Of a stretch of DNA of 64,000 bases, positions 28,400 through 40,992 are shown piece by piece. Position 1 is the stretch's first letter. Each line of letters starts with the position of its first letter. The DNA is from Octopus vulgaris (taxonomy: Eukaryota), in contig OX597824.1 in assembly GCA_951406725.2 (NCBI GenBank), positions 13,206,001 to 13,270,000 of the forward strand, in the 5' to 3' direction. The position numbers and the translations under genes are program-made. A model generated the notes under the pieces. The model saw only the letters and a list, made by a program, of their open reading frames with translations, did no database searches and was not told the origin of the DNA.

Positions 28400-29480
28400 G
28401 TATTTGTTTTATGTCAACTGCGCACTATGCAGTCAATATTGAGAAACAATAGACGATCTCAATTATTGCCTGTTGTTTGTAAAGATGGTATGTATTCACA
28501 GACTATGTATTGAAACTTTTAAATCGGAGAATACGCTGTTTAAACATAACAAATTCACTAATAAATCTGATATGACATGGTCAATTTAGTAACTTACTTC
28601 GTACCATAGTAGTAAAGTTCTAGTATATATGCTGTTCAAAATAGTTCGATTTAGTTTACGACTAAAGTTAAAAGCTTTTTCGCTCTGAGAGATATTTCAA
28701 TAGCTGGTGATGAAAAATATTGGCACAAATTAGCTGAATGTGCAAAGGTCTTCTAAATACAATAAAGAAAAGTATTTGGGATGTGAGTACGTAGATTAAC
28801 AATTATAATTCGTGCCCTCGATGTTATCACTAAAGAATACGAAGGGGAAAACTTAACTGTTGTAGCAGGATACAGTTCCGAAATTTATTAAGAATATTGC
28901 AGCAAAACCATAATTCTAACCCCACATTTTCGCTCAATAGGTTAACAGAAACTTTCATTAGCATCACTCCTCAGAACCATAAAATACTTTTAGCGGAATC
29001 TAGTGCCTCGCAGTCAACAACCAAAAGTAAAGATGAAAATGTAGGGTAAATGCAAAAAATGCCCTCACGTCGCACACACCACCAGCAAATATAAGGATTA
29101 TTTTAAACTGCACAGAACGAAACTACATATAGATTGAACAAGTTCTTCTATAAAATGCTGTATACAACACAGGAACGCTTTAGAAAAAGTGAAAGAGAAT
29201 TAGATGAGCTGATGCAAGTTTGTTTTGCAGCTATGTGGTTTTTTGGTTTAATTCCATCATACAGCACAGGGTGAATGACATAAGGAATGCGAAAACTACA
29301 GTATATGTGTGTATATGTTGTATCTGTATGGGATGCACTCTAGTGTTTCGATAACTAGAGTATGGCAGAAACGAAATATAAGACCGAAGATTATATAAGA
29401 CTATGGTCGACATTATCAGCAGAAAATACATTGAAAATGATGCTTTAGGATGAACTGAATTCAATAGCTGGATGCCGTCA
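28400..29480 (+). pseudogene. possible very old hAT (Charlie/Buster-like) transposase relic
   Basis: Weak ordered resemblance: YAVNIE..TIS (~FALQLDESTDIS), K.FGM (~CVGICTDG), VLL..GNAL..V.EL.EL (~LLYH..RWLSRG..L.R..ELR.EL). Confidence 0.25.
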
Positions 29481-29837
29481 AAGAATTGGAAATGAAACTG
29501 TATATGGTTATACTGTTTAGGTAAACCTTCCTGGAACGAGTATCAGAAAAATGATGTTTTTGAGATAGGGAAGTTAGAGTTATGAATGAAGTTACAAGTA
29601 AGTTAAACAGTAGTTAAGTTTCATTGCCAATTATAAAATTACAATAAATACGTAAGGTTTAGATGAACGTTGTTTCTTGCTTTAGGCATTGTTATAAAAA
29701 AACAAAAACTAAAGTAACACACTAATGAAGACAGGGGGATTCTTCCAATGCGAAAAGACACAAGTTTATGGCCCATACTGTATTGAGTAACTTTTTGAAT
29801 GCTTACTCTTGATGATGGGCTGTTGTGCCTGAAATAT

Positions 29838-30236
29838 TACTCTTTTTACTCTTTTACTTGTTTCAGTCATGTGACTGTAGCCATGCTGGAGCACCGCCTT
29901 TAGTCGAGCAAATCGACCCCAGGGCTTATTCTTTGTAAGCCTAGTACTTATTCTATCGGTCTGTTTTGCCGAGCCGCTAAGTCACTGGGACATAAACTCA
30001 CTAGCATCGGTTGTCAAGTGATGTTGGGGGGAAAACACGGGCACGCAAACATATACACACATACATATATATACATATATATGACGGGCTTCTTTCAGTT
30101 TCCGTCTACCAAATCCACTCACAAGGGTTTGGTCGGTCCAAAGCTATAGTAGAATATAGGTGCCACGCAGTGGAAATGAACCCGGAACCATGTGGTTGGT
30201 AAGCAAGCTACTTACCATACAGCCACTCCTACGTCT
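29838..30236 (-). mobile_element. SINE family B
   Basis: Full head-to-tail homology. Confidence 0.9.
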
Positions 30237-30799
30237 ATAATATGTAAATGTTGTTTAACTATTTCCTTTTCACATTGTAAAATTGTATCCGTCTTCATTA
30301 TATTGATATTTTACGCCAATCTTAATAAAATTGCAATGTCACAACACAATAAGAATAGCAAATAATAATTGAATCTAGTATTTGCTCGAGGCCAAAATTT
30401 TCGGAGGTGGAGGAAGTAACATGAGTACCTGATTTGCGTATTATTTACTGACCCGGAAAGGATGAAAGACAAACTTGATTTCGACAGGATTTCTGCATAA
30501 AACTTAAAATACCAGAACAAATACTACAATGCGCTCTGTTCAACGCAGTCTATGAAAAAATTGTATGGTTTATTTGGAAATGCCATCAGAATCTTTTGAC
30601 GGATATTTTGTGGTTGGACATTTCGGCTATATGGATCATGAATTATTATGCTAAACTTGTGGAGAAAATGTAAAAGGGCGATGAGCTGAAAGAAGATCTT
30701 ATTGTTTTGCAGGTAGAGACGATCTCGTGAGTTGCAATTTGACAGCAAGTCTATGGAAGACATTTTGGTGTTGAGGACCTAACGTCTTCATATGATTTT

Positions 30800-31062
30800 G
30801 TTGTTTGTTCCTTCTCGAGCCACTCCTTGCTCATAAGGGCCGATTTCCCGGTTTCTTTGGCATATAGTTCCCCACCTAGATGGGATGCCGGTCCGTTGCA
30901 TGTGAGCTGCTAGATGCAGGAGGAAAGAGTGAGAGAAACTTGTGGCGAAATAGTCAGCTTAGGTGTTTCGCTCATAAACACACACACATCACCCGGTCTG
31001 AGATTCGAACCCGCGATCCCTCGACCGCGAGTCGGCTGCTCTAACCACTAGGCCATGTTCCT
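30800..31062 (-). mobile_element. SINE family D (tail type 2)
   Basis: Minus-strand head TGGCCTAGTGGTTAGAGCAGCCGACTCGCGG..GGTTCGAATCTC; tail resembles 48415-48490. Confidence 0.82.
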
Positions 31063-32110
31063 TCTCTTCGTATGATTTGATGGAAAAGCATTCTATAACT
31101 TTAGTTGTAGTGACATATATTTTGTGAAACTAGATTAAGTTCTCTTTTGTCATTTAACATAAAATTTGGTATTGCTTGAATCCACAGGCAGACAGACATG
31201 CGAATGTAAATCAGCAAAAGCACAACATATTGATAAAACATGAATGAGAAGCAGTTGAGAAGTTACAAGAATTTATGCTCAAAATTGTGACCGATTTCAC
31301 TGTTTACAGTTATCTTCTCTAATTACTTAATTTGCATTTACATATTATACATTGAAGTAAATGATTGCATTCTGGGGTTCAATTTGTTCACATTATTGTA
31401 CTACAATATGACACTAAGCTAAATCAAATAGCCGTTGGAAATTTGCCTCCTTCATTTTCAAATGTAATATTGCTGTTGTAGGAGAACAAAAATTAATCAA
31501 GCACTTCCCACGGATGTAGGACGTAAAGAGTTTTGGGAACCTCTGTTGCAAAAGTTCCGTAATCAAGGATAGTGTTCCACGTAATTTCACTTGGTAAAAT
31601 TTCACAAAATCGGAAGAGACAAACGCAAAATAGGTTTGACTGTCTCATTCATAACAAGAACAAAAACAACAACAACAACAACAACAGCAGCAACAAAAAT
31701 GATATCTGTTTTAAATGTTAGTACAAGGCTAGCAATTTTGAGAAGGGGTTACTCGATATCATCGATCCAAGAGCGTAATTAGTACTAATCGACTCCTAAA
31801 AGATGAAAGGCATTGTTTACTTCGACATCAGTTGAACTCAGAACGTAAAGAGCTGGAAGAAATGTCACAAACCACTTTTCTAACTGACGTTCTAACGATT
31901 CCGCTAACTACCAGTATGTATGTATGTATGCATGTATGTATGTATGTATGTATGTATGTATGTATGTATGTATGTATGTATGTATGTATGCATGTATGTA
32001 TGTATGTATGTATGCACACATATATGTACGTGTGTGTCTGTATATACACATATACGTATGTATGTAAGTTTACACAATTATATATGTATTTACATATATT
32101 ACCCGACATA

Positions 32111-32158
<48 letters not shown>

Positions 32159-32172
32159 CATATATATATATG

Positions 32173-32211
<39 letters not shown>

Positions 32212-32693
32212 CTATGTATACACACACACACATATATAAATATATATATATATGTATGTATGTATACACGCACATAGATACACACACATATACACATATA
32301 TACACAAGCTAATAAATAGGCAAGTACAAATGATATAAATTGAAATTTTTAAGTGAGAATTTTTATTTTCACGATATTCTTTGGCTAAGAATAGCGACTG
32401 CTTCATTGATGTCGGCATAATCACGAAATATGGCTCCACGCTTCCTTTCATCACATGCTCTAGGTTAAGCAGTAATTGGTTCAGATTTCACAGATATTGG
32501 TTTTTATGGAAAAAAAAAATTCTTTTTTTTTTTCAAAATTTCATGTCATTTATATATGTGTGCATTGTATGTGTGGCAGTTCACTCTGTTATTTTCTATA
32601 TATATAAATACGTGTATACGTGATTTCTCTGTGTGAAGTTATGTATCTAAAACTATATATACATATGTTCATACATATCCACAAACGTGTATA

Positions 32694-32796
<103 letters not shown>

Positions 32797-32876
32797 GTAT
32801 GTAAGTATGTATGTATTTTTTTTCTAGTTTCAGCTCAGAGCTGCGGCCATGCTGATGCACCGCCGTTCTTTAACTA

Positions 32877-32916
<40 letters not shown>

Positions 32917-32937
32917 CATATATATACATACATATAT

Positions 32938-32983
<46 letters not shown>

Positions 32984-33009
32984 ATACATACATATTTGAA
33001 ACGGATGGC

Positions 33010-33048
<39 letters not shown>

Positions 33049-33147
33049 AATAAAATTTCAATAGTTATACGAAAAATAGTTGTTGAAAGAAAGAGAAATA
33101 GCGAGAGGACTAAATGAATGGAAAACGTGTGTGTGTGTGTGTGTGTG

Positions 33148-33235
<88 letters not shown>

Positions 33236-33340
33236 CTTATGTAAATACAAATATACATATGGGAATGTGTGTAGGTTGATGTTTAGTCATTCAATTGACA
33301 CTTGCATGCTTATATATATATATATATATATATATACTTT

Positions 33341-35240
33341 GATAGGTTTCGGCCAGTATTGCCCCAGGCCATGTTTAACTTAATAGGACCACCTGGCTAA
33401 GTAATTTAAATCAGGAATCGGTCAACATGGCCTACTCGAGGAGAGAGTTACTGTCTACAGAGACATATCCGGGTGTAGGAGATTGAACCGAGATTTTTTG
33501 AAGGAGTTTGTCCAAAGACATCTTGAACTTTATGGGGTCAGTTTCTGTTTTGACGTGATTTGGTTTAATGTAAAAGACAGTGGGACAAATTGAGGTGAAA
33601 TAATTATCGTTGTTATGAGAAGCGAGCGGGATTTATGTTGAGGGCGGATAGCACGGTTCCCATGTCTTGGGTGTATCTTAAAGAGAATGCCAACATCATT
33701 TGGGCAATAATGATGGAATACTACACACATCATACAGATGACGTAGCGCTCACGGCTGTGTTGGAAAGAATAAAGCTTGAGCTTTTCTATTCGACCCCAG
33801 TAGTCAAGGTCTTTAATGCCATCTATCCTTTTCGTAATTGACCCTTGAGGTGCTTCAAATTTCATGATACTTTGCTTCGTGTGAGGAGACAAGAGTGGAC
33901 AACAGTATTCAAGGTGTGGCTGGGAAAAAGCGGAGAAGAGAAGGAAAACGGTGTGGATATTTCTCGAGTGGAAAGTTCTGAGAATCCAGGAACACATTCT
34001 GCGAGCTATGTCAAGTTCTCTGTTTATATGAGCGGCCCAGTTTATGTTGTCGTCTACAATTATTCCGAAGTCTCTGATGTTAGATGTCATGAGAGTTTCA
34101 CCTGAAGGAATGGAGTATGGGGGTTTCAGGGTACTCTCTTTTCCAAAGTGGATTAACTCAAATTTGTCCTCGCTCAGCAGCATATTGTTCTTTTCCACCC
34201 CTTGGATGACAGCCAGTAGATCTGACTGAAGGCATTCCGGTCACCCACTTCATTGATGACCTTCTGGAGCATCTGAGGCATCTGCAAAGATTCTTATGTT
34301 GCCGTACTGGATAGTGTCAGTAATGTCATTGATGTAAATAATGAAAAGAAGTGGGCCCAACAAAGTACCTTGTAGAACACCACTAATGACTTTGACTGGG
34401 CTTGATTTTATTCCTTCGACTACAGCGTGTTGGGTTCTGTATGTCAGGAAACACTTGATCCATTGTAGCAACTTTGAATAGCTTTTTCAAGAGAATCTTA
34501 TGATCAACCCTGTCAAAGGCCTTGCTGAAAACAAGGTAGATGACATCGGTGTTGGAGCCTTCTCCCAAAGCTCTCAAAATGTCCTCAAAGTGATACAGGA
34601 GCTGCGTTAGGCAGTTCCTTCCATTACGGAGCCCATGTTGGTTGAGGTTCAGCAGTCTGTTGCTTTCAAGAAAGTGGGTTATTCGTGATCTCACCACCTA
34701 TCAAATACCTTGATGATATGAGAGGTGAGTGAGATGGGCCAGTAGTTCACTGCAAAGGACTTGTTTCCCTTTTTGAAAACTGGGACAACAGACTCTGACA
34801 GAAAGTTTTCAGGAATATAACCGGCATCAAGTGAGTTCCTCCTCCACAGATTAGCAAGAGGAGTTTCAATTTGGTGTCAACACATCTTCAGGACACAAGC
34901 AGGGAACCAACCTATCAGAGCCTACTGTTGAATTGTGTTTAATTTCGTTTATTGCCGCCAAGACATCAACCGTTATATCCGATATAATGTGTTGGGGATT
35001 AACATCACTGATACAGCCCATATCGACGATATCAGGATTGATGAATACAGAGCAGTATTGTTTCTGCAGTAACTCACTCATAGTTTTGGCATTATCGTGG
35101 AGAGTGCCATTTCCATCAATTAGAGGGCCAATAGTGGAGACAGCGACCTTGTGATTTTTCGCAAAAGTGAACACTTTTGAGTTGAGTTTGGTTTTCTCCT
35201 CAGCTGTTCTTTGGATATTGATGCTGGTTTTCATGAGGTT
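33341..35240 (-). mobile_element. CR1/L2-group LINE, 5'-truncated, frameshifted reverse transcriptase
   Basis: Consecutive ORFs with NQHGLR, YLVFSKAFDRVDH, GVLQGTLLGPLLFIIYIND, IFAD, HLEYCCPL and LDYWGRIEKLKLYS; structured 3' UTR at 33341-33400. Confidence 0.93.
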
Positions 35241-35339
35241 GTGTGGCTGTTGGCAGAATCTTTTTTTTTATTTTCTGATAATAGTTTTACTGTTTTGGGT
35301 AATTATGCACTTAGATTAGTTCACAGGTCTTGGAGGGAT

Positions 35340-35378
<39 letters not shown>

Positions 35379-36111
35379 GACATACATATAATTACACATG
35401 AATAAGCAATTTTACATATAAATACATACACACAGTGTATGTGTGTTTTTGTGCGTCACAAGTGCTGGCGACACCGTCTTGGTTATTGCGTCACTCAACA
35501 TATCTTAAGATAATGAAGTATTATGTACATGTGCGAAGGATATATGTGGTTATATATACACACAAACACACACACACATACATACGCGCATAAACTTACG
35601 CACGCACACCCATACACCATGTACGTGAACCTAGTCGGTATAATTTTAGTTCATTTGTGAGAAATAATAAATCCCTAAATGTGGACAACTGCTCACCAAC
35701 TAAACGCTGCTGTGTGTTTATATCTGTAGGTCTTCAGAAGTGAAAAGAATGCACCTTAACTATAGGACATGCTGTTAACTTGGAATACGTAACCGTATTT
35801 AAATTGAAGGTACATTTAAAGATTCCACTTGTCAGCCTAAAATTTGATACCTTTTTTGGAAAAGAAGATATCAAAATTGTTAACATAGGTAGTTAAAATA
35901 TAGATCGACCAAGAGCTAACTTATTGTAGGCAAAGCAATAACTGAAAATCCTGTTCAGAATTTCCGGCTCGAGGGCACTTAAGTGCATTCAAGAACCTAT
36001 GTATTGAGCACGTTGACATAACCTGTTAAGTTCAGGTTGTCTAAGTGACACAATTAATCATAAAGAGTGGATAATGACTCAACAAGAAGTCTGTGCTATA
36101 TTTAGATATAC

Positions 36112-36236
<125 letters not shown>

Positions 36237-36325
36237 TAAATACATAAATATATGTCGTATCTGGGTGTGTGTGTGTGTATGCGTGACACACGCATACACA
36301 CTCACACACACATATATATATTATC

Positions 36326-36827
36326 TGAATAAAGTTTTTAAATGGTCTTGTTTACGCGTTTTTTATTGTGGTATTTAAAAAAAAATTTTTTTACAATGTT
36401 GATGTGTGATAAACATTAAACATATATTTTGTAATATTCACCAAGTTCAATTAGCGCTTTCATACGTTCGTAGTTATCACCACATTTCAAATGTATTTAA
36501 CTGACTGTTGAGTTCATGGCAACTGTAATAAAAAGGAATGTTTAAGCTGCATGCGGATTGGTCAAAGCCGTATTCCAAAAATTCAGCCTTGTTGGAGAAT
36601 TCTAAGAAGTATAATAACGAAGTCAGTCATTTTACTACAGTTGTCAAGAACTCAACTGTCAGTTGAATACATTTTGAAATCTGATGATTACTACGAACGT
36701 ATGAAAGCTCGAATTGAACTTTATGAACATTACAAAATATTTTTCAACACACTTCAACATTTCTAATTTTTTTTTAAAATACCATCATAAAAAACGTGAA
36801 AACCAGACCATGTTTTAACTTTATTCA
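36326..36827. mobile_element. MITE / fold-back element with ~200 bp imperfect inverted arms
   Basis: Left arm (e.g. GCTTTCATACGTTCGTAG, ~36456) pairs with right arm (CTACGAACGTATGAAAGC, ~36691); pairing continues out to TGAATAAAGTT / AACTTTATTCA. Confidence 0.8.
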
Positions 36828-36994
36828 ACTGATGTATTATTCCATACACATTTACACAAATTAAAAGTTACAATTAATGTATTATTATTATGATTAATGA
36901 TACAGAGAATTTCGAAAATGAGGCTAAGTTAAAATTTTTTGATAAAGAAAAACACATATTGTACGAGTTATCTGTTTACACCTCCTATATACGA

Positions 36995-37496
36995 ACATGT
37001 TGTGAAGACGTATGAGTCGCAACGACGTGATTTAGGTCCCACTGCAAAGCAACTTCAGCGAGGACGCTCTACTAGAGCCCCAGGTCAACGAGGGCTTTGT
37101 GAGTGTATATAGTAGTCGGAGTATATTTGAAGTCCTGTCATGTCTGCGTGCCTCTTTGCGTGTGTGTGTGTTTTCTCACTACTTAACAACCGTGGTTGGT
37201 TCATTACGCCCCGCAAACTAGCAGTTCGGTTAATGAGACCGATAGAATAAATAATAGACTTTAAAAAAACAAAATAAGTACCAAGGACGAGTTGTCCAGC
37301 TAAACTCCTTAAGTCGGTATTCCAAAGTGTCAGCAAAGCGTATAACTGAAACAAGTAAAAGAATAAAAGAATAGAATACACAGACATGGCAGTGTGGTAA
37401 GAAGCTTGCTTCTCAACATGGTTGCGGGATCAGTCCTATAAATTCTACGATAGGCGCGAGTTGAACAAAGCCTTGTGAATGTATTTGTTAAACGAA

Positions 37497-37500
<4 letters not shown>
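36995..37500 (+). mobile_element. degenerate SINE family B copy followed by a partial head
   Basis: GTCCCACTGC, GCTTTGTGAGTG, GAGACCGATAGAATAA, ACTGAAACAAGTAAAAG; a second head starts at ~37382. Confidence 0.7.
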
Positions 37501-37533
<33 letters not shown>

Positions 37534-37660
37534 AGATTTTGTTGGGTACCTATCTGGCAGTATATTGGATATATATTATCCCATGGTGGGTTGAATTTTC
37601 AACCCCTATCTCATTTTATAACCTATATATATATATATATATATAAGTATATATATATAT

Positions 37661-39184
37661 CAGGTCTCGGGAGTGGCCATGGGAACGCGAATGGGCCACA
37701 ACTATGCGAACCTGTTCGTTGGCTATGTTGAGGCCCAAATATTCTCTAATTTCACTGGTACCACTCCTGAACTATATGGTCGTTACATCGACGACATTAT
37801 CGGTGCCACCTCACTCTCCCGCGAACATCTAGATTCCTTCCTCTCTTTCGTCCAATCTTTCCATCCAGCCCTCCACTTCACTTCCACTATCTCCAACACC
37901 TCTGTCTCCTTCCTCGACATTTCGGTTAGCATTCTTCACTCCACTCTTACCACCTCCATTCACTACAAACACACAGACTCACACTCATACCTCAACTTCT
38001 CTTCCTCCCACCCAGAACACACCAAGCTTTCCATCCCCTATTCCCAATTCCTCCGTCTACGTAGGCTCTGTAGTGACGACCATGACTTTGAGACTCAGTC
38101 TCAACGTATGGCTCACCACTTCACCCTACGTGGATACCCCCTCACCACTATCCACACCGCCCTTGCCAGAGCACGGTCCGTGGACCGTGTATCTGCTCTC
38201 TCTCCCCGAAGCCGCCCTGTAGTCTCTCGCCTCCCATTTCCCCTCACTTACCACCCCACGACCCTACGTCTCCAACGCACCATTCTTCGAGCTTTCCGTC
38301 ATCTCCAGTCCGACCCGTCCACTTCACACCTCTTCCCTAACCGACCCCTCCCCTCTTTCAAACGAGCCCACAACCTTCGAGACCTTTTGGTCCATAGCTC
38401 CTTCCCTGACCCTACTTCCCAACCCGGCTCGTTCCCCTGCTCCCGCCCACGTTGCCGCACTTGCCCTTACCTCTCCAACACCACCCGCCTCACTAGCACC
38501 CACCATCGACCCTATCCCATTATCCACTCCTTCACCTGCACCTCCAGCAATATTATCTATTGCATCTCTTGCTCTCTCTGCAATTCCTTGTACATCGGAC
38601 AAACGGGACGCCGCTTGGCTGACCGGTTCGCGGAACACCTTCGTGACATCCACCTTGCGAACGACACACCGGTCTCACGCCATTTCCGCTCCACCGGTCA
38701 CTCCTTGCAACACCTATCTGTGTTCGGTTTGTCCTTACACAGAGGCCATCCGGATTCCCGTTTGCGCCGTGAACAGGAATTAATCTTCTCTCTTCGCTCT
38801 TATACGCCATTTGGTCTCAACTCTCCCCCCTCCTCATCTAACCCCCCTCTCCCCCTCCTCACCTATCCTTTCCCCCGACCCCTACTTCTTCAGTCCTTCA
38901 TCCTTTCACCCCTACTCCCCTTCCCTTCTTCCCTCTTTCTCCCTCCCTCCTTCCCTCTTCCCCTTTCCTCTGCTCCCTCACTCCCTCACTCCCCTTCTCT
39001 CTCCCCCTCTCCCTCTTTCCTCCTTCCTCCCCCTCCTCTCCTCTTCCCCTCTCCTCCCCCTCTTCTTCCCCTTCTCCTCACCATCTTCTTCCCCCCTTCT
39101 CCCCCCCCCTTCCCCCCCCTCTTCTCCCCCTCCCCCTCTTCTCCTCACTACACCACACGACTTTACACATCACATCATATATGA
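37661..39184 (+). CDS. partial Penelope RT + GIY-YIG endonuclease ORF (N-terminus missing)
   Basis: QVSGVAMG..YANLF, RYIDDI, FLDI, YKHTDSHSYL..S.HP, IPYSQFLRLRRLCS, C..PRCRTC, FTCTSSNIIYCISCSLC..YIGQTGRRLADRFAEH, REQELI..L..GLN. No stops; the last ~120 aa are low-complexity read-through. Confidence 0.93.
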   Translation, partial: QVSGVAMGTRMGHNYANLFVGYVEAQIFSNFTGTTPELYGRYIDDIIGATSLSREHLDSFLSFVQSFHPALHFTSTISNTSVSFLDISVSILHSTLTTSIHYKHTDSHSYLNFSSSHPEHTKLSIPYSQFLRLRRLCSDDHDFETQSQRMAHHFTLRGYPLTTIHTALARARSVDRVSALSPRSRPVVSRLPFPLTYHPTTLRLQRTILRAFRHLQSDPSTSHLFPNRPLPSFKRAHNLRDLLVHSSFPDPTSQPGSFPCSRPRCRTCPYLSNTTRLTSTHHRPYPIIHSFTCTSSNIIYCISCSLCNSLYIGQTGRRLADRFAEHLRDIHLANDTPVSRHFRSTGHSLQHLSVFGLSLHRGHPDSRLRREQELIFSLRSYTPFGLNSPPSSSNPPLPLLTYPFPRPLLLQSFILSPLLPFPSSLFLPPSFPLPLSSAPSLPHSPSLSPSPSFLLPPPPLLFPSPPPLLPLLLTIFFPPSPPPFPPLFSPSPSSPHYTTRLYTSHHI

Positions 39185-39189
39185 TGTGC

Positions 39190-39556
39190 CATACTAATAC
39201 ATACACCAACTAATACATACTAATACGTACTAATACATACTAATACATACACCAACCCTATACATACACACGTCCAGACCCCTCATACGCACTTATACTC
39301 TCTCATACACACACACACACGCTTATACATACTAATACGTACTAAAACATACTAATACATACACCAACCCCATACATACGCACGTCCAGACCAATCCTAC
39401 GCACTAATACTCTCTCATACACACACACACACACACACACACCTTATACATACTAATACATACACCAACCCTATACATACACACGTCCAGACCCCTCCTA
39501 CGCACTATTAGCTGGTCCTTCAACCCTATTATCAACCCTATTATCAACCCTATTAT
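39190..39556 (+). repeat. complex tandem repeats in the Penelope 3' region
   Basis: About three copies of a ~110-120 bp unit containing CACCAACCC.ATACATAC.CACGTCCAGACC, plus (TCAACCCTATTA)x3. Confidence 0.85.
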
Positions 39557-39690
39557 CTCCCCTTATTTCGCTCTCGCGTCTCATGTTTGATCTTTGACCT
39601 CTGGCCGAAATCAAATCGCCATGTTGATTCGTTAGCTACTGCACGCATTTTTTTCTCTCCTTCTTTCTGTGTTTTTTTTCTCTCTGTGTA

Positions 39691-39728
39691 TCTTTCTGTT
39701 GAAGAGCGTAGGCTCGAAACGTTAAAGA
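39691..39728 (+). ncRNA. minimal type I hammerhead-like ribozyme (variant core)
   Basis: UCUUU-CUGUUGA-A-GAGC(GUAG)GCUC-GAAA-CG-UU-AAAGA: perfect 5 bp stem I, 4 bp stem II and palindromic ACGU stem III, as in PLE-associated dimeric hammerheads. A6 is replaced by U. Confidence 0.65.
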
Positions 39729-39825
39729 CTTGTTTTATTTATATTTCCTGAGCGCCATACTAATACAATTGTTCGTTTGTTTTCCACCTGCCTTCGTCTT
39801 TTGTCTATTTTCATAAAGCTTCCCG

Positions 39826-39882
<57 letters not shown>

Positions 39883-40204
39883 TATACTTATATATACTTT
39901 ATATATACACTTATATATATATTTATATATACTTTATATATATATATAGTTATATTTATATACTTATATATACTTATATATATATATATACATATATATT
40001 TTTAATAACATATTATTATTATTAATATAAGGAAATTAATATGCAAATTCAACATAAAGATATACCCGTCTGAAAGAACTTATTGTATTAAAAATATATA
40101 TAAATAAATAAATATAAAAATATAAATATAATGTATAAAATAAATTTGATAGTTTAAAAGTTTTGAATTAATTATCTAAGCATCTTATGATCGAAGACAT
40201 ATAT

Positions 40205-40965
40205 ATCTGCTGCCCACTGTGGTCTCCTCACACAAGACAAAACATCTCCAGAATTGAGTCACCCCAGAGTGCTCTCACTAAACAAATTGAAGGCATGGCT
40301 GCTCTCGATTATTGGGATCGCCTTAAAGCCTTGAAACTTTACTCCCTCCAGCGTCGCCGTGAGCGGTACATCATTTGTACGATGTGGAAAATATACCGCC
40401 AACTTTGCCCAAACGACCTAAACATTAGCTTCAAGGTTCATCCGAGACTTGGACCACGGGCTATACGTCCCCTGCCAAATTCAAGATCACAACATACGTG
40501 TACACTGCAACATAATTTCTTTTCATCAACAGGCCCTGCCCTATTTAACATTGTCCCGAGGGAGATCAAAGAGGAAAAGGATCCCATCAACTTCAAACAG
40601 AGTCTGGATAGATTCCTTCAAAGAATACCAGATAAGCCACCCATAATTGGATACAACTCACCCAACAAGAACTCACTACTTGAACAAAACTGGATACAAC
40701 TCACCCAACAAGAACTCACTACTTGAACAAAACTGGATACAACTCACCCAACAAGAACTCACTACTTGAACAAAACTGGATACAACTCACCCAACAAGAA
40801 CTCACTACTTGAACAAAACTGGATACAACTCACCCAACAAGAACTCACTACTTGAACAAAACTTGACTTAAACAGGATTCGAATAATCCTATCAGGTGGT
40901 GCTATTAAGTTAGACATGGCCTGGACCAATCTCTGGTCGAAACATATCTAAGTTTATCTAAGTTT
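40205..40965 (+). mobile_element. CR1/L2-group LINE 3' fragment
   Basis: CCPLWSPH..LDYWDRLKALKLYSLQRRRERY..GPALFN..FKQSLDRFLQRIPDKP; 3' UTR ending in (TATCTAAGTT) repeats. Confidence 0.92.
40649..40863 (+). repeat. perfect 43 bp minisatellite, five copies
   Basis: Unit GGATACAACTCACCCAACAAGAACTCACTACTTGAACAAAACT starts at 40649, 40692, 40735, 40778 and 40821. Confidence 0.97.
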
Positions 40966-40992
40966 ATATATATTTATATTTATATATATATG

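Larger units (their letters stand above)
37661..39828 (+). mobile_element. Penelope-like retroelement, 5'-truncated, young
   Basis: Open RT-linker-GIY-YIG frame, C-rich tract, tandem 3' repeats, and a pLTR with hammerhead-like fold; both ends abut (TA)n. Confidence 0.95.

Noticed and set aside
38830-39184. Pro/Ser/Leu-rich C-terminal domain on the Penelope protein
   Set aside because: Read-through into a polypyrimidine tract that can hardly contain stop codons; the sister copy at 27.1 kb has a different tract.
39520-39556. Telomeric repeat
   Set aside because: AACCCT occurs only within a 12 bp unit and not as tandem (TAACCC)n.
40649-40863. CRISPR-like array
   Set aside because: The units are contiguous and identical with no spacers, they derive from the LINE ORF2 end, and the context is eukaryotic with no cas genes.
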